Virus record (IMG/VR): IMGVR_UViG_2061766007_002388
Origin: an uncultured virus (IMG/VR IMGVR_UViG_2061766007_002388)
Lineage: Duplodnaviria > Heunggongvirae > Uroviricota > Caudoviricetes
Strand: one strand, 5' to 3'
Length of the DNA: 64,000 nucleotides
The notes under the pieces were generated by a model. The model did no database searches. It saw only the letters and a program-made list of their open reading frames with translations, and was not told the origin of the DNA. Within the stretch, counting starts at the first letter, position 1, and each line of letters opens with the position of its first letter. A program made the position numbers and the translations under genes. This document shows, in pieces, positions 19,727 to 29,492 of this stretch.

Positions 19727-20818
19727 TTATGGTTTAAGTGTTTTCCAAATCATTTCTTTATATCTTAAATTTCCTTCTTTCATTTTCATAATTATACTTG
19801 CATCCATTTTATTATCACCCACTAGTGATACGATGGTTGCCCATGTGGCTTTTCTATCCAAATTAGAATCTATTGAATTGGCTATTTGTAATAATCTGTT
19901 TCTTTTTTCTTCAAACAATATAGGCAAATTAGCCGCATATTCTTTTATGGATTTTAATTCTTCAGGAATATTCATAATAAAATTAAAATCGTCATATTTT
20001 TCATTAAACCAGTCAAAATTGCTCCATATATTTTCTTTGGTGATATTGTGAAATAATTTCTGAAGTTTTAAAAATTCATCGCCTTTTATTTTTGTTTTCC
20101 ATCCATCCTCAAAAGTTACCACTACACCTTCGTGCATATTGTCTCTTCGCTTTGCGAATTTAAAAACATTTGCAAAATTACCAAATTCATATTCCTGAGC
20201 AACTTTATAACCAAATTGAGAATATCTTCTAATTTCTTCAATTGGTTTTTCAATCCCAGTTTGTGTATCAATTACTGCAAGCAGGACAAGATCTTCGAAA
20301 TCGTAATGTATGGGATGCACATCTTCGTCATATATAATTTCAAAACAATAAGTATAATCTTTATTCAAACAATCAGTATTATGTTGTTTATTTAAAAATT
20401 CTGTAGCCCAAGTGGATTGTTCTGAATCAAAAGAACCGGATGTTTTTATAATCCATTTATCTTTATAATTGAAAGCGATTCCCAAACTACCATCATATTT
20501 TTCCATTACACGAAATTTTTTTGTTAAATCATTACAGCAATATTCCTTGGGTAGAGAGTCGGCAAGTGTTGTATGAGACATATTAAGATCATAAAGTTCT
20601 TCAAAATTGAAAAATTTCTTAAAAGGAAATGCGACGATTTCGCCTGTACTAACATCAAAAGTAATACCTCTAGAACAAAGAGATATTTCATCCCAATCCA
20701 TTGAATATTGTGTCGCTCTAGAATATTTAAAACCAACTAGAGTGTTATCCTGATTATAATATGCAAAAATTTTTCCTTCATCTGCTTTTTTAAAAAAATC
20801 ATTTAAATTAAATTTCAT
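19727..20818 (-). CDS. RNA ligase, T4 Rnl1 family
   Basis: RG, FPFKKFFN, motif I EKYDGSLG, FEII, EGVVV and KIKG.EF. Confidence 0.88.
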   Translation of the reverse strand: MKFNLNDFFKKADEGKIFAYYNQDNTLVGFKYSRATQYSMDWDEISLCSRGITFDVSTGEIVAFPFKKFFNFEELYDLNMSHTTLADSLPKEYCCNDLTKKFRVMEKYDGSLGIAFNYKDKWIIKTSGSFDSEQSTWATEFLNKQHNTDCLNKDYTYCFEIIYDEDVHPIHYDFEDLVLLAVIDTQTGIEKPIEEIRRYSQFGYKVAQEYEFGNFANVFKFAKRRDNMHEGVVVTFEDGWKTKIKGDEFLKLQKLFHNITKENIWSNFDWFNEKYDDFNFIMNIPEELKSIKEYAANLPILFEEKRNRLLQIANSIDSNLDRKATWATIVSLVGDNKMDASIIMKMKEGNLRYKEMIWKTLKP

Positions 20819-21111
20819 TGCTTATTTCCATTATTAAAAAATTCATTATAAATCGTCTTGAATTGATTTAATAAACAATTCATATAATGAAATTCCGTAA
20901 AAGAAACTTCTTTGTTCTCTGTGATAAATGATATTTCAAATTCACTTAAATTGTTATAATACGATACGGAAATTTTAACATTTTCAATAGAACAAACCAA
21001 TAATAATTCTAATGCACTCATCGATAAAACAGCATTATCTGGATGAAAAGAATAAAATTTTTTCAAAATATCTAAAGCAGTTGAATAAGATGTACATTTA
21101 AATTCTTCCAT
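20815..21111 (-). CDS. hypothetical protein
   Basis: AGGAG RBS; part of a minus-strand cluster of small genes. Confidence 0.6.
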   Translation of the reverse strand: MEEFKCTSYSTALDILKKFYSFHPDNAVLSMSALELLLVCSIENVKISVSYYNNLSEFEISFITENKEVSFTEFHYMNCLLNQFKTIYNEFFNNGNKQ

Positions 21112-21123
21112 AATTTTCTCCTT

Positions 21124-21477
21124 CTACATTTTAACAATAAATTTTTCAATATCATGCGACTCATCTGTTATAAAAAGATCAGGAGCTTCACTAAATGGTA
21201 TTATAAAATGTTTAAGAATAGAATCACCCCAGTAACTATCTTTTTCTACCACAGAAACATGAATTACTTGTTCATTAATATCCAAAGTCGTAGTAAAGTA
21301 ATATTCTCCATCATCAATCAGATAATGAAATTTATCTTCAATAATATCAGAAATATTCCATTCAAATTTTTGTACTGAATCTTTAATATTCCGATGTTTT
21401 AAATTAAATTCTTTAAGAATATTTTCATAATTTTTTTTATTTTCAACATATGTTTCAAAATCTTTCTTTTCTACCAT
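21124..21477 (-). CDS. hypothetical protein
   Basis: 117-aa ORF in the cluster. Confidence 0.6.
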   Translation of the reverse strand: MVEKKDFETYVENKKNYENILKEFNLKHRNIKDSVQKFEWNISDIIEDKFHYLIDDGEYYFTTTLDINEQVIHVSVVEKDSYWGDSILKHFIIPFSEAPDLFITDESHDIEKFIVKM

Positions 21478-21593
21478 TTATTAACCCCATTGTTATTTCC
21501 ACATCTTCCAAGTCATACATTGATGAAAACATTAAAAACCACAAACAACTCATTAAAAATATTGCAAATATTTCATGAATGATGTATAACAAA

Positions 21594-21779
21594 TCACTCG
21601 CGTTCATCATCTTCCTTTTGTGTTAAAGAAAATAATCGTTTATACCATTTATTTTTTTCTTTTTGCTTTTCATTATCTATAAATTTATTGAATTTATTGG
21701 AAATGAATAATGCGAAAATAATAAGTACTATAAACGAAATTAATAACGAAATAATGCGTATTTCAAATTCATTAAACAT
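21594..21779 (-). CDS. small membrane protein
   Basis: One hydrophobic segment. Confidence 0.55.
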   Translation of the reverse strand: MFNEFEIRIISLLISFIVLIIFALFISNKFNKFIDNEKQKEKNKWYKRLFSLTQKEDDERE

Positions 21780-21988
21780 TATGTTTTCTCCCTTTCCTCT
21801 AAACTTAATTGTCTCTCCTCTTTCTTTGTTAACTCATTTGACGCCATACTAATTTTTTTCTTGTTTTTCGTTTCATAGTCTTTTAACGCTTCTTGATAAC
21901 CATCATAATACGATTCACAAAAAAGTTCCATCCCCGATTCAATACAACGATCCAAATATATTTTTTGCAATTCTTCTTTAGTCTTCAT
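21779..21988 (-). CDS. hypothetical protein
   Basis: Overlaps both neighbouring ORFs. Confidence 0.55.
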   Translation of the reverse strand: MKTKEELQKIYLDRCIESGMELFCESYYDGYQEALKDYETKNKKKISMASNELTKKEERQLSLEEREKT

Positions 21989-22247
21989 CTATACATCCCA
22001 CAGGAAAATATTCACCATCTACGCTTCCATTAATAATGTCAATATATTCTCCTTTTATTGGATGGTCATAATCAGGATTGTTTCGTAATTCAGCATGATT
22101 CCAATCTTTTTTCAAAAATACATTTAAACAAAACTCTGTAGAAACTAAAACACAACCCGATTCTTTTAACTTTTTAGCAATTTCCTGAAACTCTTTTATA
22201 AGTTTCTTTTGTTTGTCATTAAAATTTCCAGTGTCTTCGTATCTCAT
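21978..22247 (-). CDS. hypothetical protein
   Basis: AGGAG RBS. Confidence 0.6.
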   Translation of the reverse strand: MRYEDTGNFNDKQKKLIKEFQEIAKKLKESGCVLVSTEFCLNVFLKKDWNHAELRNNPDYDHPIKGEYIDIINGSVDGEYFPVGCIDED

Positions 22248-22268
22248 TTTTTTCTCCTTGTCTAAATA

Positions 22269-22670
22269 CTATTTACAGACTTCGCCAACTTTCTGAGCAA
22301 CAATTTCAGCTGCTTTGATATAATTCTCTCCGTATTCTTTGCGACAATACTTAATTTGATCTTCAACATCTTTAGATGTTAAATGTATGATTATGACTTC
22401 ATTAAAAGGACTTATTGTTGAAATTCCCCCGAATGTGAAAAGTTGACATAAACTATTTTCAATATCCTCAGAACACACAGAATCAATATAAACTCTAAAA
22501 CCAATATCCTCAAAAAGACAATGAGTTTCTGGAAGTCTTGAAAATTCCCACAAAGTTTCTACAAGTTTTTCTTTCTTGATAATTGTTATATTGTTTTTGA
22601 CAAGCATTGAGAAGATCAAATAAATAGACTGATAAGCACTGATAATTTTAAGATCTGATGTTTTAAGCAT
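22269..22670 (-). CDS. hypothetical protein (possible winged helix)
   Basis: GGAG RBS before MLKT; SEDIENSLCQL..FGGI. Confidence 0.55.
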   Translation of the reverse strand: MLKTSDLKIISAYQSIYLIFSMLVKNNITIIKKEKLVETLWEFSRLPETHCLFEDIGFRVYIDSVCSEDIENSLCQLFTFGGISTISPFNEVIIIHLTSKDVEDQIKYCRKEYGENYIKAAEIVAQKVGEVCK

Positions 22671-22905
22671 TTTTTTCTCCCTTTTCCAAACTTTCAATAT
22701 TATCAAAAGAAATCAATTCTCCATTAGTTTTATACTCAACAATTTTGTATTCCCTTTTCCCTCTTGTGAATTTATAGGAATTTTTCTTCAGTTGTTCTAA
22801 GGTTCTATACATTGTAGGTCTAAGTTGAGAATCGAGAGCATATTCCCAATTTCCTTCGCTGTCCTTTTCAACAATAAAATACAATTTGTCTTTAAATTTT
22901 GCCAT
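22663..22905 (-). CDS. hypothetical protein
   Basis: GGAGG RBS. Confidence 0.6.
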   Translation of the reverse strand: MAKFKDKLYFIVEKDSEGNWEYALDSQLRPTMYRTLEQLKKNSYKFTRGKREYKIVEYKTNGELISFDNIESLEKGEKNA

Positions 22906-22919
22906 ATTTTTCCTCCAAT

Positions 22920-23153
22920 TTAATATTCTTCTATTACTTCTTCTTGATTATCTTTTTTTCTCTGACCATTTATATATCCGGCGTGATATCCACATTCATA
23001 AGCCCATTTTACATCACTAGCAACATCATCATAAGACCATGTCGGATCATCCATATAAAGATGGGTTTCAGAAAAATCTTTTGAAAAATTTTCAATACAT
23101 TTTCTCATAATTTTTTCATCACACTTCGAATCACGCATAATAATATCCCCCAT
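22920..23153 (-). CDS. hypothetical protein
   Basis: AYECGYHAGY..G pattern, common in small phage proteins. Confidence 0.55.
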   Translation of the reverse strand: MGDIIMRDSKCDEKIMRKCIENFSKDFSETHLYMDDPTWSYDDVASDVKWAYECGYHAGYINGQRKKDNQEEVIEEY

Positions 23154-23516
23154 CTAATCATCTACCAATATAAGCATAAGTTTATAATTTGAATTTAAAT
23201 TTTCGGGTAACCGCTCTTTCCCAATATCAAAACCAAATGTTCTAACACGTTCGAAGCCAAATTCCGAACGTTCAATTTCGCAGCTCCAACATGTAAAATC
23301 ATCAATGCCAAGTTTTTCTTTATTGAAGTACATCCACTCCAATTCTTCAATTCTGGGGATTCTATATTTTTCATAACCCTCAATTTTATTAATTTCCTTA
23401 ATCCAATTTTGTGCATCACTGAATGTTAAATATTGAACAATATGAATATAATTAAAAGAAGGAACATATTTAAAATATTTGAGGCTTATATTTTTTACAG
23501 TCATTTTTTTCTCCAC
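23154..23516 (-). CDS. DUF1566/Lcl-like domain protein
   Basis: TFSDAQ.WI..IN...GY..YRIPRIEEL..MY, CWS and C-terminal LILV. Confidence 0.6.
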   Translation of the reverse strand: MEKKMTVKNISLKYFKYVPSFNYIHIVQYLTFSDAQNWIKEINKIEGYEKYRIPRIEELEWMYFNKEKLGIDDFTCWSCEIERSEFGFERVRTFGFDIGKERLPENLNSNYKLMLILVDD

Positions 23517-23521
23517 ATTAA

Positions 23522-23743
23522 CTACTTAATATTCAACTCACTGCATATTTTTTTGACTGTTTCCCGGTCAACTTTATCATTAAATTTTTTACAACTCATC
23601 TCATGTAAACCTGTAGCGAGTCTCCCACATACGCAACATACTGACTGCCCATCGGATAATCTATCAAATGTTTCTCGACGAATTTTAAGCCATAAACCGA
23701 AATTTTTCTTCATGATAAGTTCTTTCTTTTCTTCAAATTTCAT
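23522..23743 (-). CDS. small zinc-finger-like protein
   Basis: CCVCGRLATGLHE.SC.KF. Confidence 0.6.
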   Translation of the reverse strand: MKFEEKKELIMKKNFGLWLKIRRETFDRLSDGQSVCCVCGRLATGLHEMSCKKFNDKVDRETVKKICSELNIK

Positions 23744-23827
23744 TTTACTTCTCCTTTTAAAATAACACCAAACCAAATTCACACATTAATTATACATTCA
23801 ATTATAATAAAAAGCAATATGGAAAGA

Positions 23828-23856
23828 TTGATTATTTTAAAAGTGCACTATAAAAT
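23828..23856 (+). promoter_or_regulatory. sigma70-like promoter
   Basis: TTGATT-N17-TAAAAT. Confidence 0.6.
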
Positions 23857-23876
23857 AAAATGTTGTTTTTTAAAAT

Positions 23877-24671
23877 GTGAGGTTAAAAATGTTAAATTTT
23901 AAAACGTTGAATTTTTCAAAAGAAGAAATTGTTAATTCATGTAAATCAAGATTATTAAAAACATTAAAACAATTGGAACAAAGTTTATCAAACAAAACCA
24001 TAGAACACCTGTTAAATGGATCAGATCGTTTATATAATACGAGATGTGGATTTGATTTAACACTAGTTGAAAATTTTATAAATGATAACTCGATTCTTCG
24101 CAATTTATCTGAAAACACAGTTGAACTTATTTGTTTCGATGAAATTTTTCATCAAGAATTTATTAATATTCTTGCAATTATAACCAAATATGTGGATTAC
24201 AAAAAATTCAAGCAACTAGTTAAAGACATAATTTTTTCATCAACTTACCTAAAGAAAAAATACGGTTGGTGTGCATTGTTTATTGAAAAAAAGAATATGG
24301 CAGATCCAATATACACTCATTTAAGAAAAGTTGCAAGAAAATATATTAATGAAAATTTTAACAATGATAAAGATGTGCAAACACTTAAAAATAATGCAAT
24401 AGAAGAATGCTATAAAATTTTTGACTATAATAATTCCGGAAGTTCAAATAAATTTCTTGAAAATTATTTTATGCCAAGAGAACTCATAGTTATGTTAAGC
24501 ACTAGTGGTTGGAAGAATCCAAGAAAAAGTAAATTCAACAAAGTGAATATGCACAAACAAATTAAAAATATAATAAAATATATTGAACTTTCACAGGATC
24601 AAGATGAATTGGGAACAATTAAAAATGATTTAACGCAACTTGGTGAAACGATTTCTAAATTGAAAATTTAA
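23877..24671 (+). CDS. hypothetical protein
   Basis: 264-aa ORF; the real start is probably a few codons downstream (MLNF). Confidence 0.65.
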   Translation: MRLKMLNFKTLNFSKEEIVNSCKSRLLKTLKQLEQSLSNKTIEHLLNGSDRLYNTRCGFDLTLVENFINDNSILRNLSENTVELICFDEIFHQEFINILAIITKYVDYKKFKQLVKDIIFSSTYLKKKYGWCALFIEKKNMADPIYTHLRKVARKYINENFNNDKDVQTLKNNAIEECYKIFDYNNSGSSNKFLENYFMPRELIVMLSTSGWKNPRKSKFNKVNMHKQIKNIIKYIELSQDQDELGTIKNDLTQLGETISKLKI

Positions 24672-25984
24672 ACGCCTATTCCATAATATTCAAACTCACG
24701 TTTTATTTCTTTATTTTTTGCGAATATATTTCTTAGATCAAATAAGATATTATTTTTCATTTTTAACTTAACTAATCCCATATCAGCTTCTTTGAATATA
24801 TTCCAATCAGTGATAATAATTAAGCAATCCGCATCCGCGACACATTCATACTCATTTTTACAATAACGAATATTATTCATATATTCAACAACATTCCATT
24901 TAAAATTTTCCATACCTTGTGGATCATATGCATTAATTGTAGCGCCATGTTTAACAAGTTCTTTAATGATATATATTGCCGGTGATTCTCTAGTATCATC
25001 AGTTTCCGGCTTAAATGCTAGACCCCATACAGCAATTGTTTTATCTTTTACATCAATTTTAGAACAAATTTTTTCAACAACATTTGCGCGGATATTTTGA
25101 TTTACATCCTGCGCAGCCTGAACAACTGATAAATTAATTCCATTCTCATTTGCTGTTTGAATTAATGCTTTCACATCCTTTGGAAAACAACTGCCCCCAT
25201 ATCCACAACCAGCATTAAGAAATTTATTTCCTATTCTTTTATCTAGTCCCATTCCTTTTGCAACATCTAAAATATTCGCACCAACTTTTTCAGCCAACAT
25301 CGCAATTTCATTTATGAAAGAAATTTTAGTTGCAAGAAAAGCATTCGATGCATATTTTATAAGTTCAGCTGATTCAATAGTTGTTTCAAGATATTTTATA
25401 TTATGATTTTCTTCTAAAAGTGGATAATATAATATGCTCATTGCTTCTGAAGCATCAACAGAATCAATACCTACTATAATTCTATCTGCATTTAAAAGAT
25501 CATTTACAGCAGATCCCTCTTTAAGGAACTCTGGATTTGAAACAACATCAAATGGTATTTCAATTTTTCGATTTAATAATTCTTCATTTATAATAGATCT
25601 AACTCTTTTAGCTGTTCCAACAGGAACTGTTGATTTATCAACAATAACTTTACGTTTATTGATAAACTGACCTATCGACCTAGATACTTGATAAACATAT
25701 TGAAGATCCGCAGAACCATTTTCACCCTGCGGTGTACCCACACATATGAAAATAACATTATTTTCGGTAACTAGTTTTTCAATATTATCTATAAAGAAAA
25801 GCGACTTATTTAAATTTTTATTAAGTAAATCTTCTAATCCATTTTCATAAATAATACATTTACCATTTGATAAATTTTCTATTTTTTCTTTATCTATATC
25901 ATAACAAGTAACATTATGATAATTTGATAATACGCATGATGTTACTAAACCAACGTATCCAGTTCCAATTATTCCTATTCGCAT
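24668..25984 (-). CDS. ugd: UDP-glucose 6-dehydrogenase
   Basis: GTGYVG, CVGTP, KSTVPVGT, NPEFLKEG, GYGGSCFPKD and GLAFKPETDD.RESP. Confidence 0.96.
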   Translation of the reverse strand: MRIGIIGTGYVGLVTSCVLSNYHNVTCYDIDKEKIENLSNGKCIIYENGLEDLLNKNLNKSLFFIDNIEKLVTENNVIFICVGTPQGENGSADLQYVYQVSRSIGQFINKRKVIVDKSTVPVGTAKRVRSIINEELLNRKIEIPFDVVSNPEFLKEGSAVNDLLNADRIIVGIDSVDASEAMSILYYPLLEENHNIKYLETTIESAELIKYASNAFLATKISFINEIAMLAEKVGANILDVAKGMGLDKRIGNKFLNAGCGYGGSCFPKDVKALIQTANENGINLSVVQAAQDVNQNIRANVVEKICSKIDVKDKTIAVWGLAFKPETDDTRESPAIYIIKELVKHGATINAYDPQGMENFKWNVVEYMNNIRYCKNEYECVADADCLIIITDWNIFKEADMGLVKLKMKNNILFDLRNIFAKNKEIKREFEYYGIGV

Positions 25985-26048
25985 GCTTCACCTTTTAAAG
26001 TAAATATAAAACGTAATTATTTAGGTTTATTATCAGAAGGTTATAAAA

Positions 26049-26942
26049 ATGAAACAATTTCAATTTGTTGCTCATCTTAAAGATTTTAATTCGATTATAA
26101 GAAAAAGAAAATTAAATGTAATAAATCGAAGAAAAGAACATGGTTTTTTAAATGATTTAAATAATCCACTAACATTGCAAGATAAAATTCATTGGTTAAT
26201 TGTTTATGATAATAAAGAAAAATTAAAAGCATTGGGTGCTGACAAATATCGTGTTCGCGAATATGTAATTGAAAAATTGAAAAAGGATATTTGTATTCCA
26301 TTGGTAGATGTTTATGATAATATAAATCAGATTGATTGGGAAAAACTTCCAAATAAATTTGTTATTAAGTGCAATCACGGCTCTCACATGAATTTCATTG
26401 TTAAAGATAAAACGAAAGTAAACAAAAATACTATTTTAAGTAAAATCGACAAATGGTTAAAAATAGATTTCGGTTCAGGAAAATTTGCTGACTCAAAAGG
26501 TGATAACATAGAGTATCATTATTCTCTAATTAAACCAAAGATTGTCATTGAAAAATATATGAACGACGGTCACGATGATTTAATTGACTATAAATTTCTT
26601 TGTTTCAATGGTCAACCAAAATATTGTCAGATAATTTCAGATCGGCATAATTCCAAAAAAAGACTTAATTATTATGACATGGATTTTAATTTTGTGAATA
26701 TAAGCAGGACAGATTTTAAAGCTAATAGCAAAATGATAGATTCCAAACCCGAGAATTTTGAATTAATGAAAAAGTATGCTGAGATTTTATCATCTGAATT
26801 TAAATTTGTTCGTGTTGACTTTTACGAAATCAATGGTGAAGTTTATTTGGGCGAATTGACATTTACACCCGCAATAGGCTTCTGTCATTATACCAACAGG
26901 GGCGATGAAATCAAATTGGGAAATCTTTTGGATTTGAATTAG
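26049..26942 (+). CDS. TupA-like ATP-grasp amidoligase
   Basis: LNNP.TL.DKI.W, ADKY.VREY, LP.KFVIKCNHGS, DYKF.CFNG.P, VRVDFY and GELTFTP. Confidence 0.92.
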   Translation: MKQFQFVAHLKDFNSIIRKRKLNVINRRKEHGFLNDLNNPLTLQDKIHWLIVYDNKEKLKALGADKYRVREYVIEKLKKDICIPLVDVYDNINQIDWEKLPNKFVIKCNHGSHMNFIVKDKTKVNKNTILSKIDKWLKIDFGSGKFADSKGDNIEYHYSLIKPKIVIEKYMNDGHDDLIDYKFLCFNGQPKYCQIISDRHNSKKRLNYYDMDFNFVNISRTDFKANSKMIDSKPENFELMKKYAEILSSEFKFVRVDFYEINGEVYLGELTFTPAIGFCHYTNRGDEIKLGNLLDLN

Positions 26943-26946
26943 TATT

Positions 26947-27777
26947 CTATTTTAACTTCTTTATAGCGTTTGTATAATTTTTAAGACCGACTACTTCCGG
27001 GTGTAAAGGATTATTGTCGATATTATCATTAAAATAAAATGGAAAACGAGGCAGTTCCTTACCTTTACAATATTCATATAATATTTTTATTTTTAACCTA
27101 AACTTCTTTATAACGAAAGCATTAGAATCATCACCAAATTTATTAATTATACGCATATCTTTTTTTCTCATAATCTCATAATAATAATTTATCAAATACT
27201 TAAAATAACACGGTGGATATAAACCAAACGGGCCCCCGACACAAGGAAGAGGTCTATTATAAAAATTTTCACCTTTTATTCCGTTATATCTAACAAAGCA
27301 ATCTCTACCCTCTTTATTAAAAAAATCTAACATTTCTTCCGCATAATTAGGAAAATAAGAACAATCATCATCAGCAGAAAGAATAGGAACATCTAAATTC
27401 TGATATTTTACTATTGTGGGGTAAACCTTTTTGAATGCTTTTGTGTTTTCTTTAACCCAAAGAATTTCAAAATAATCTAACATCATTAAAAGCGATTCCG
27501 GCAATTCTTTTTCTTTTTGTGGAAATTCGTCTGATGAAAGAACCAAAACAACATGGCATTTAATAGTTTGATTAATCAATGTCTCCAATGTCTTATAAAC
27601 ATAATTGATTCTCTTTCTCCATGATGTAAATGTTATAATAACTTTTTCATTTTCATATTTTTTTGAATTAAATTTATTTAAATTAAATCTTTTAATGTGA
27701 TTTAAAAATGTTGACTCGTTGAACAATTCTTTTTTAATATGATTAAATCTTTTAAGATGATTTAAAAACTTATTCAT
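26947..27777 (-). CDS. GT-A fold glycosyltransferase
   Basis: IITFTSWRKRI, L.NQT, KKVYP, SADDD and LYPP. Confidence 0.75.
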   Translation of the reverse strand: MNKFLNHLKRFNHIKKELFNESTFLNHIKRFNLNKFNSKKYENEKVIITFTSWRKRINYVYKTLETLINQTIKCHVVLVLSSDEFPQKEKELPESLLMMLDYFEILWVKENTKAFKKVYPTIVKYQNLDVPILSADDDCSYFPNYAEEMLDFFNKEGRDCFVRYNGIKGENFYNRPLPCVGGPFGLYPPCYFKYLINYYYEIMRKKDMRIINKFGDDSNAFVIKKFRLKIKILYEYCKGKELPRFPFYFNDNIDNNPLHPEVVGLKNYTNAIKKLK

Positions 27778-27794
27778 AATTCATTTATAAATTG

Positions 27795-28631
27795 CTAGTT
27801 ATTGAGCAATATATTTAATAAATTTTCTTTTGTATATTTTTTCTTCAATTCATTTAAATTAAATTCTGGGAATACTGTGGAAAACACCTTAAGAATATCT
27901 TCTTTATAAAGAAGTATTAAAATCCACATAAGATTTTTATATGTTATGTTAACTTCTTTAATTCTTCTGAAATTAAACTTAACTTGTGGGTTTTGATCCG
28001 CAAAATCCTGCTGTTTTTGTTGTAAATTTAAAGTTCTGACGATTGTGTGGTTTTTAATAAGATGAGCAAATACCCACGCTTCATCTGTTTTGGGATTTAT
28101 CTTTTTCTTTAATACTACATTATCTTCCGAAACACATTCGATAGGAAAAGACTTCGGTGGAAAAATTGCCTGACTAATAAAAACATTTTGCGGATCACGA
28201 CTATTCTCATCTGTATAAACTTTATAATTGATATTATATCCTTTACACAATAATCTACCACCCCACGGTGTAATCTGAACAACTTCGTTATTCGGAAATA
28301 TATAGCGCCTTGATGTTGCAACAAGATTGCTTTTATATGTAGTATCATCATCAATACTTATTACAATATCATTATAATGTTTCGGATATACAAACCATCT
28401 TTTAAAAGAACCCCAATTATGCTCTGTCCATTCCAATCTAATATTATATTTTTTAATAACATCTAAAAGTTTTTTTGGTAAATCATCTTCCTTATTGGGA
28501 AATTCTGGAATATCCAACCACAAATAAAATATATCGGGAAGTTCCGTTTGAGTTTTAAAAAAATATTCGATCATATTAGCAATATAATCAATTCTTTTTT
28601 TCCATGATGTCATAGTCACAACAATCTTCAT
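27795..28631 (-). CDS. GT-A fold glycosyltransferase, paralog of 26947..27777
   Basis: IVVTMTSWKKRI, ISIDDD..Y, IFPP and DEAW. Confidence 0.75.
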   Translation of the reverse strand: MKIVVTMTSWKKRIDYIANMIEYFFKTQTELPDIFYLWLDIPEFPNKEDDLPKKLLDVIKKYNIRLEWTEHNWGSFKRWFVYPKHYNDIVISIDDDTTYKSNLVATSRRYIFPNNEVVQITPWGGRLLCKGYNINYKVYTDENSRDPQNVFISQAIFPPKSFPIECVSEDNVVLKKKINPKTDEAWVFAHLIKNHTIVRTLNLQQKQQDFADQNPQVKFNFRRIKEVNITYKNLMWILILLYKEDILKVFSTVFPEFNLNELKKKYTKENLLNILLNN

Positions 28632-28677
28632 TGTATAATTATTCCCCATTATAAAATATAACAACTAAATATATTTA

Positions 28678-29403
28678 TTGATAACTTTAGATATGAGTTC
28701 AAAGATGGATATATCAAATCTTCATGCTTTTGTTGTAAATGTACCTAGTCAATTTGCAAGACTTATGAAATTTAAACAAACAGTTCAACCATTTTTTCCA
28801 ATAAAAATACACCCATTTAATGCTATCCCCTTAGATGAAGCAAAAAAATATACGAACTTAAAATCTAAAAAAAGATGGAAAGAAATTTCAAATGAAAGAT
28901 CATTCGGCACCATTGTTCAATTAGCAAAAGAAAATGGTTGGAAAAATGTTTTAATTTTTGAAGATGATGCAATTGTTCGCAATTTAACAAAAACACAAGT
29001 AACGGAATTTTTAAATGAAATACCTGATAAATTTGGTATATGTTACCTGGGTTGTTATTTAAGAAAAGCAAAAGATAAATCAATTAAAAAATGTAGTCCC
29101 CACATTTTTCAATTAATAGGTTCTTCATTTAATATATGGGGCGCACATGCAGTTATTATAAACGAATCTGTGTATGATTTAGTGATCAATACGCTTCTTC
29201 AATATAATAATAAAATCATAACAGATAAACAAATTTGTAGAATCGTTAATAAATGTGTAACGAAAAATTACATGGTTAATCCCCCGATTGTTTTCCAAGC
29301 CCCTAGTCTATCATCCGCAAAATACGGATCAATGCATGGTAAGTTTAATTTTGAAAATTTAGAAAAGACTCATAAAAATTTTATCAGCTCATGCAAAATT
29401 TAA
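28678..29403 (+). CDS. glycosyltransferase family 25-like
   Basis: FVVN....AR, NVLIFEDDA, YLG, AHAVIIN and P.VFQ. Confidence 0.75.
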   Translation: MITLDMSSKMDISNLHAFVVNVPSQFARLMKFKQTVQPFFPIKIHPFNAIPLDEAKKYTNLKSKKRWKEISNERSFGTIVQLAKENGWKNVLIFEDDAIVRNLTKTQVTEFLNEIPDKFGICYLGCYLRKAKDKSIKKCSPHIFQLIGSSFNIWGAHAVIINESVYDLVINTLLQYNNKIITDKQICRIVNKCVTKNYMVNPPIVFQAPSLSSAKYGSMHGKFNFENLEKTHKNFISSCKI

Positions 29404-29405
29404 AA

Positions 29406-29434
29406 TTGATTTTTTGTATTTTTTTGCATAAAAT
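29406..29434 (+). promoter_or_regulatory. sigma70-like promoter
   Basis: TTGATT-N17-TAAAAT. Confidence 0.6.
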
Positions 29435-29492
29435 TATTTTGCTTCTATTTTTTGTTCGTTAAATATGTCAAGAATTTAAATGAGGTATTTGA

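Noticed and set aside
22269..22670. Panacea/SocA-like antitoxin
   Set aside because: Only a weak resemblance in one helix; the diagnostic GP motif is absent
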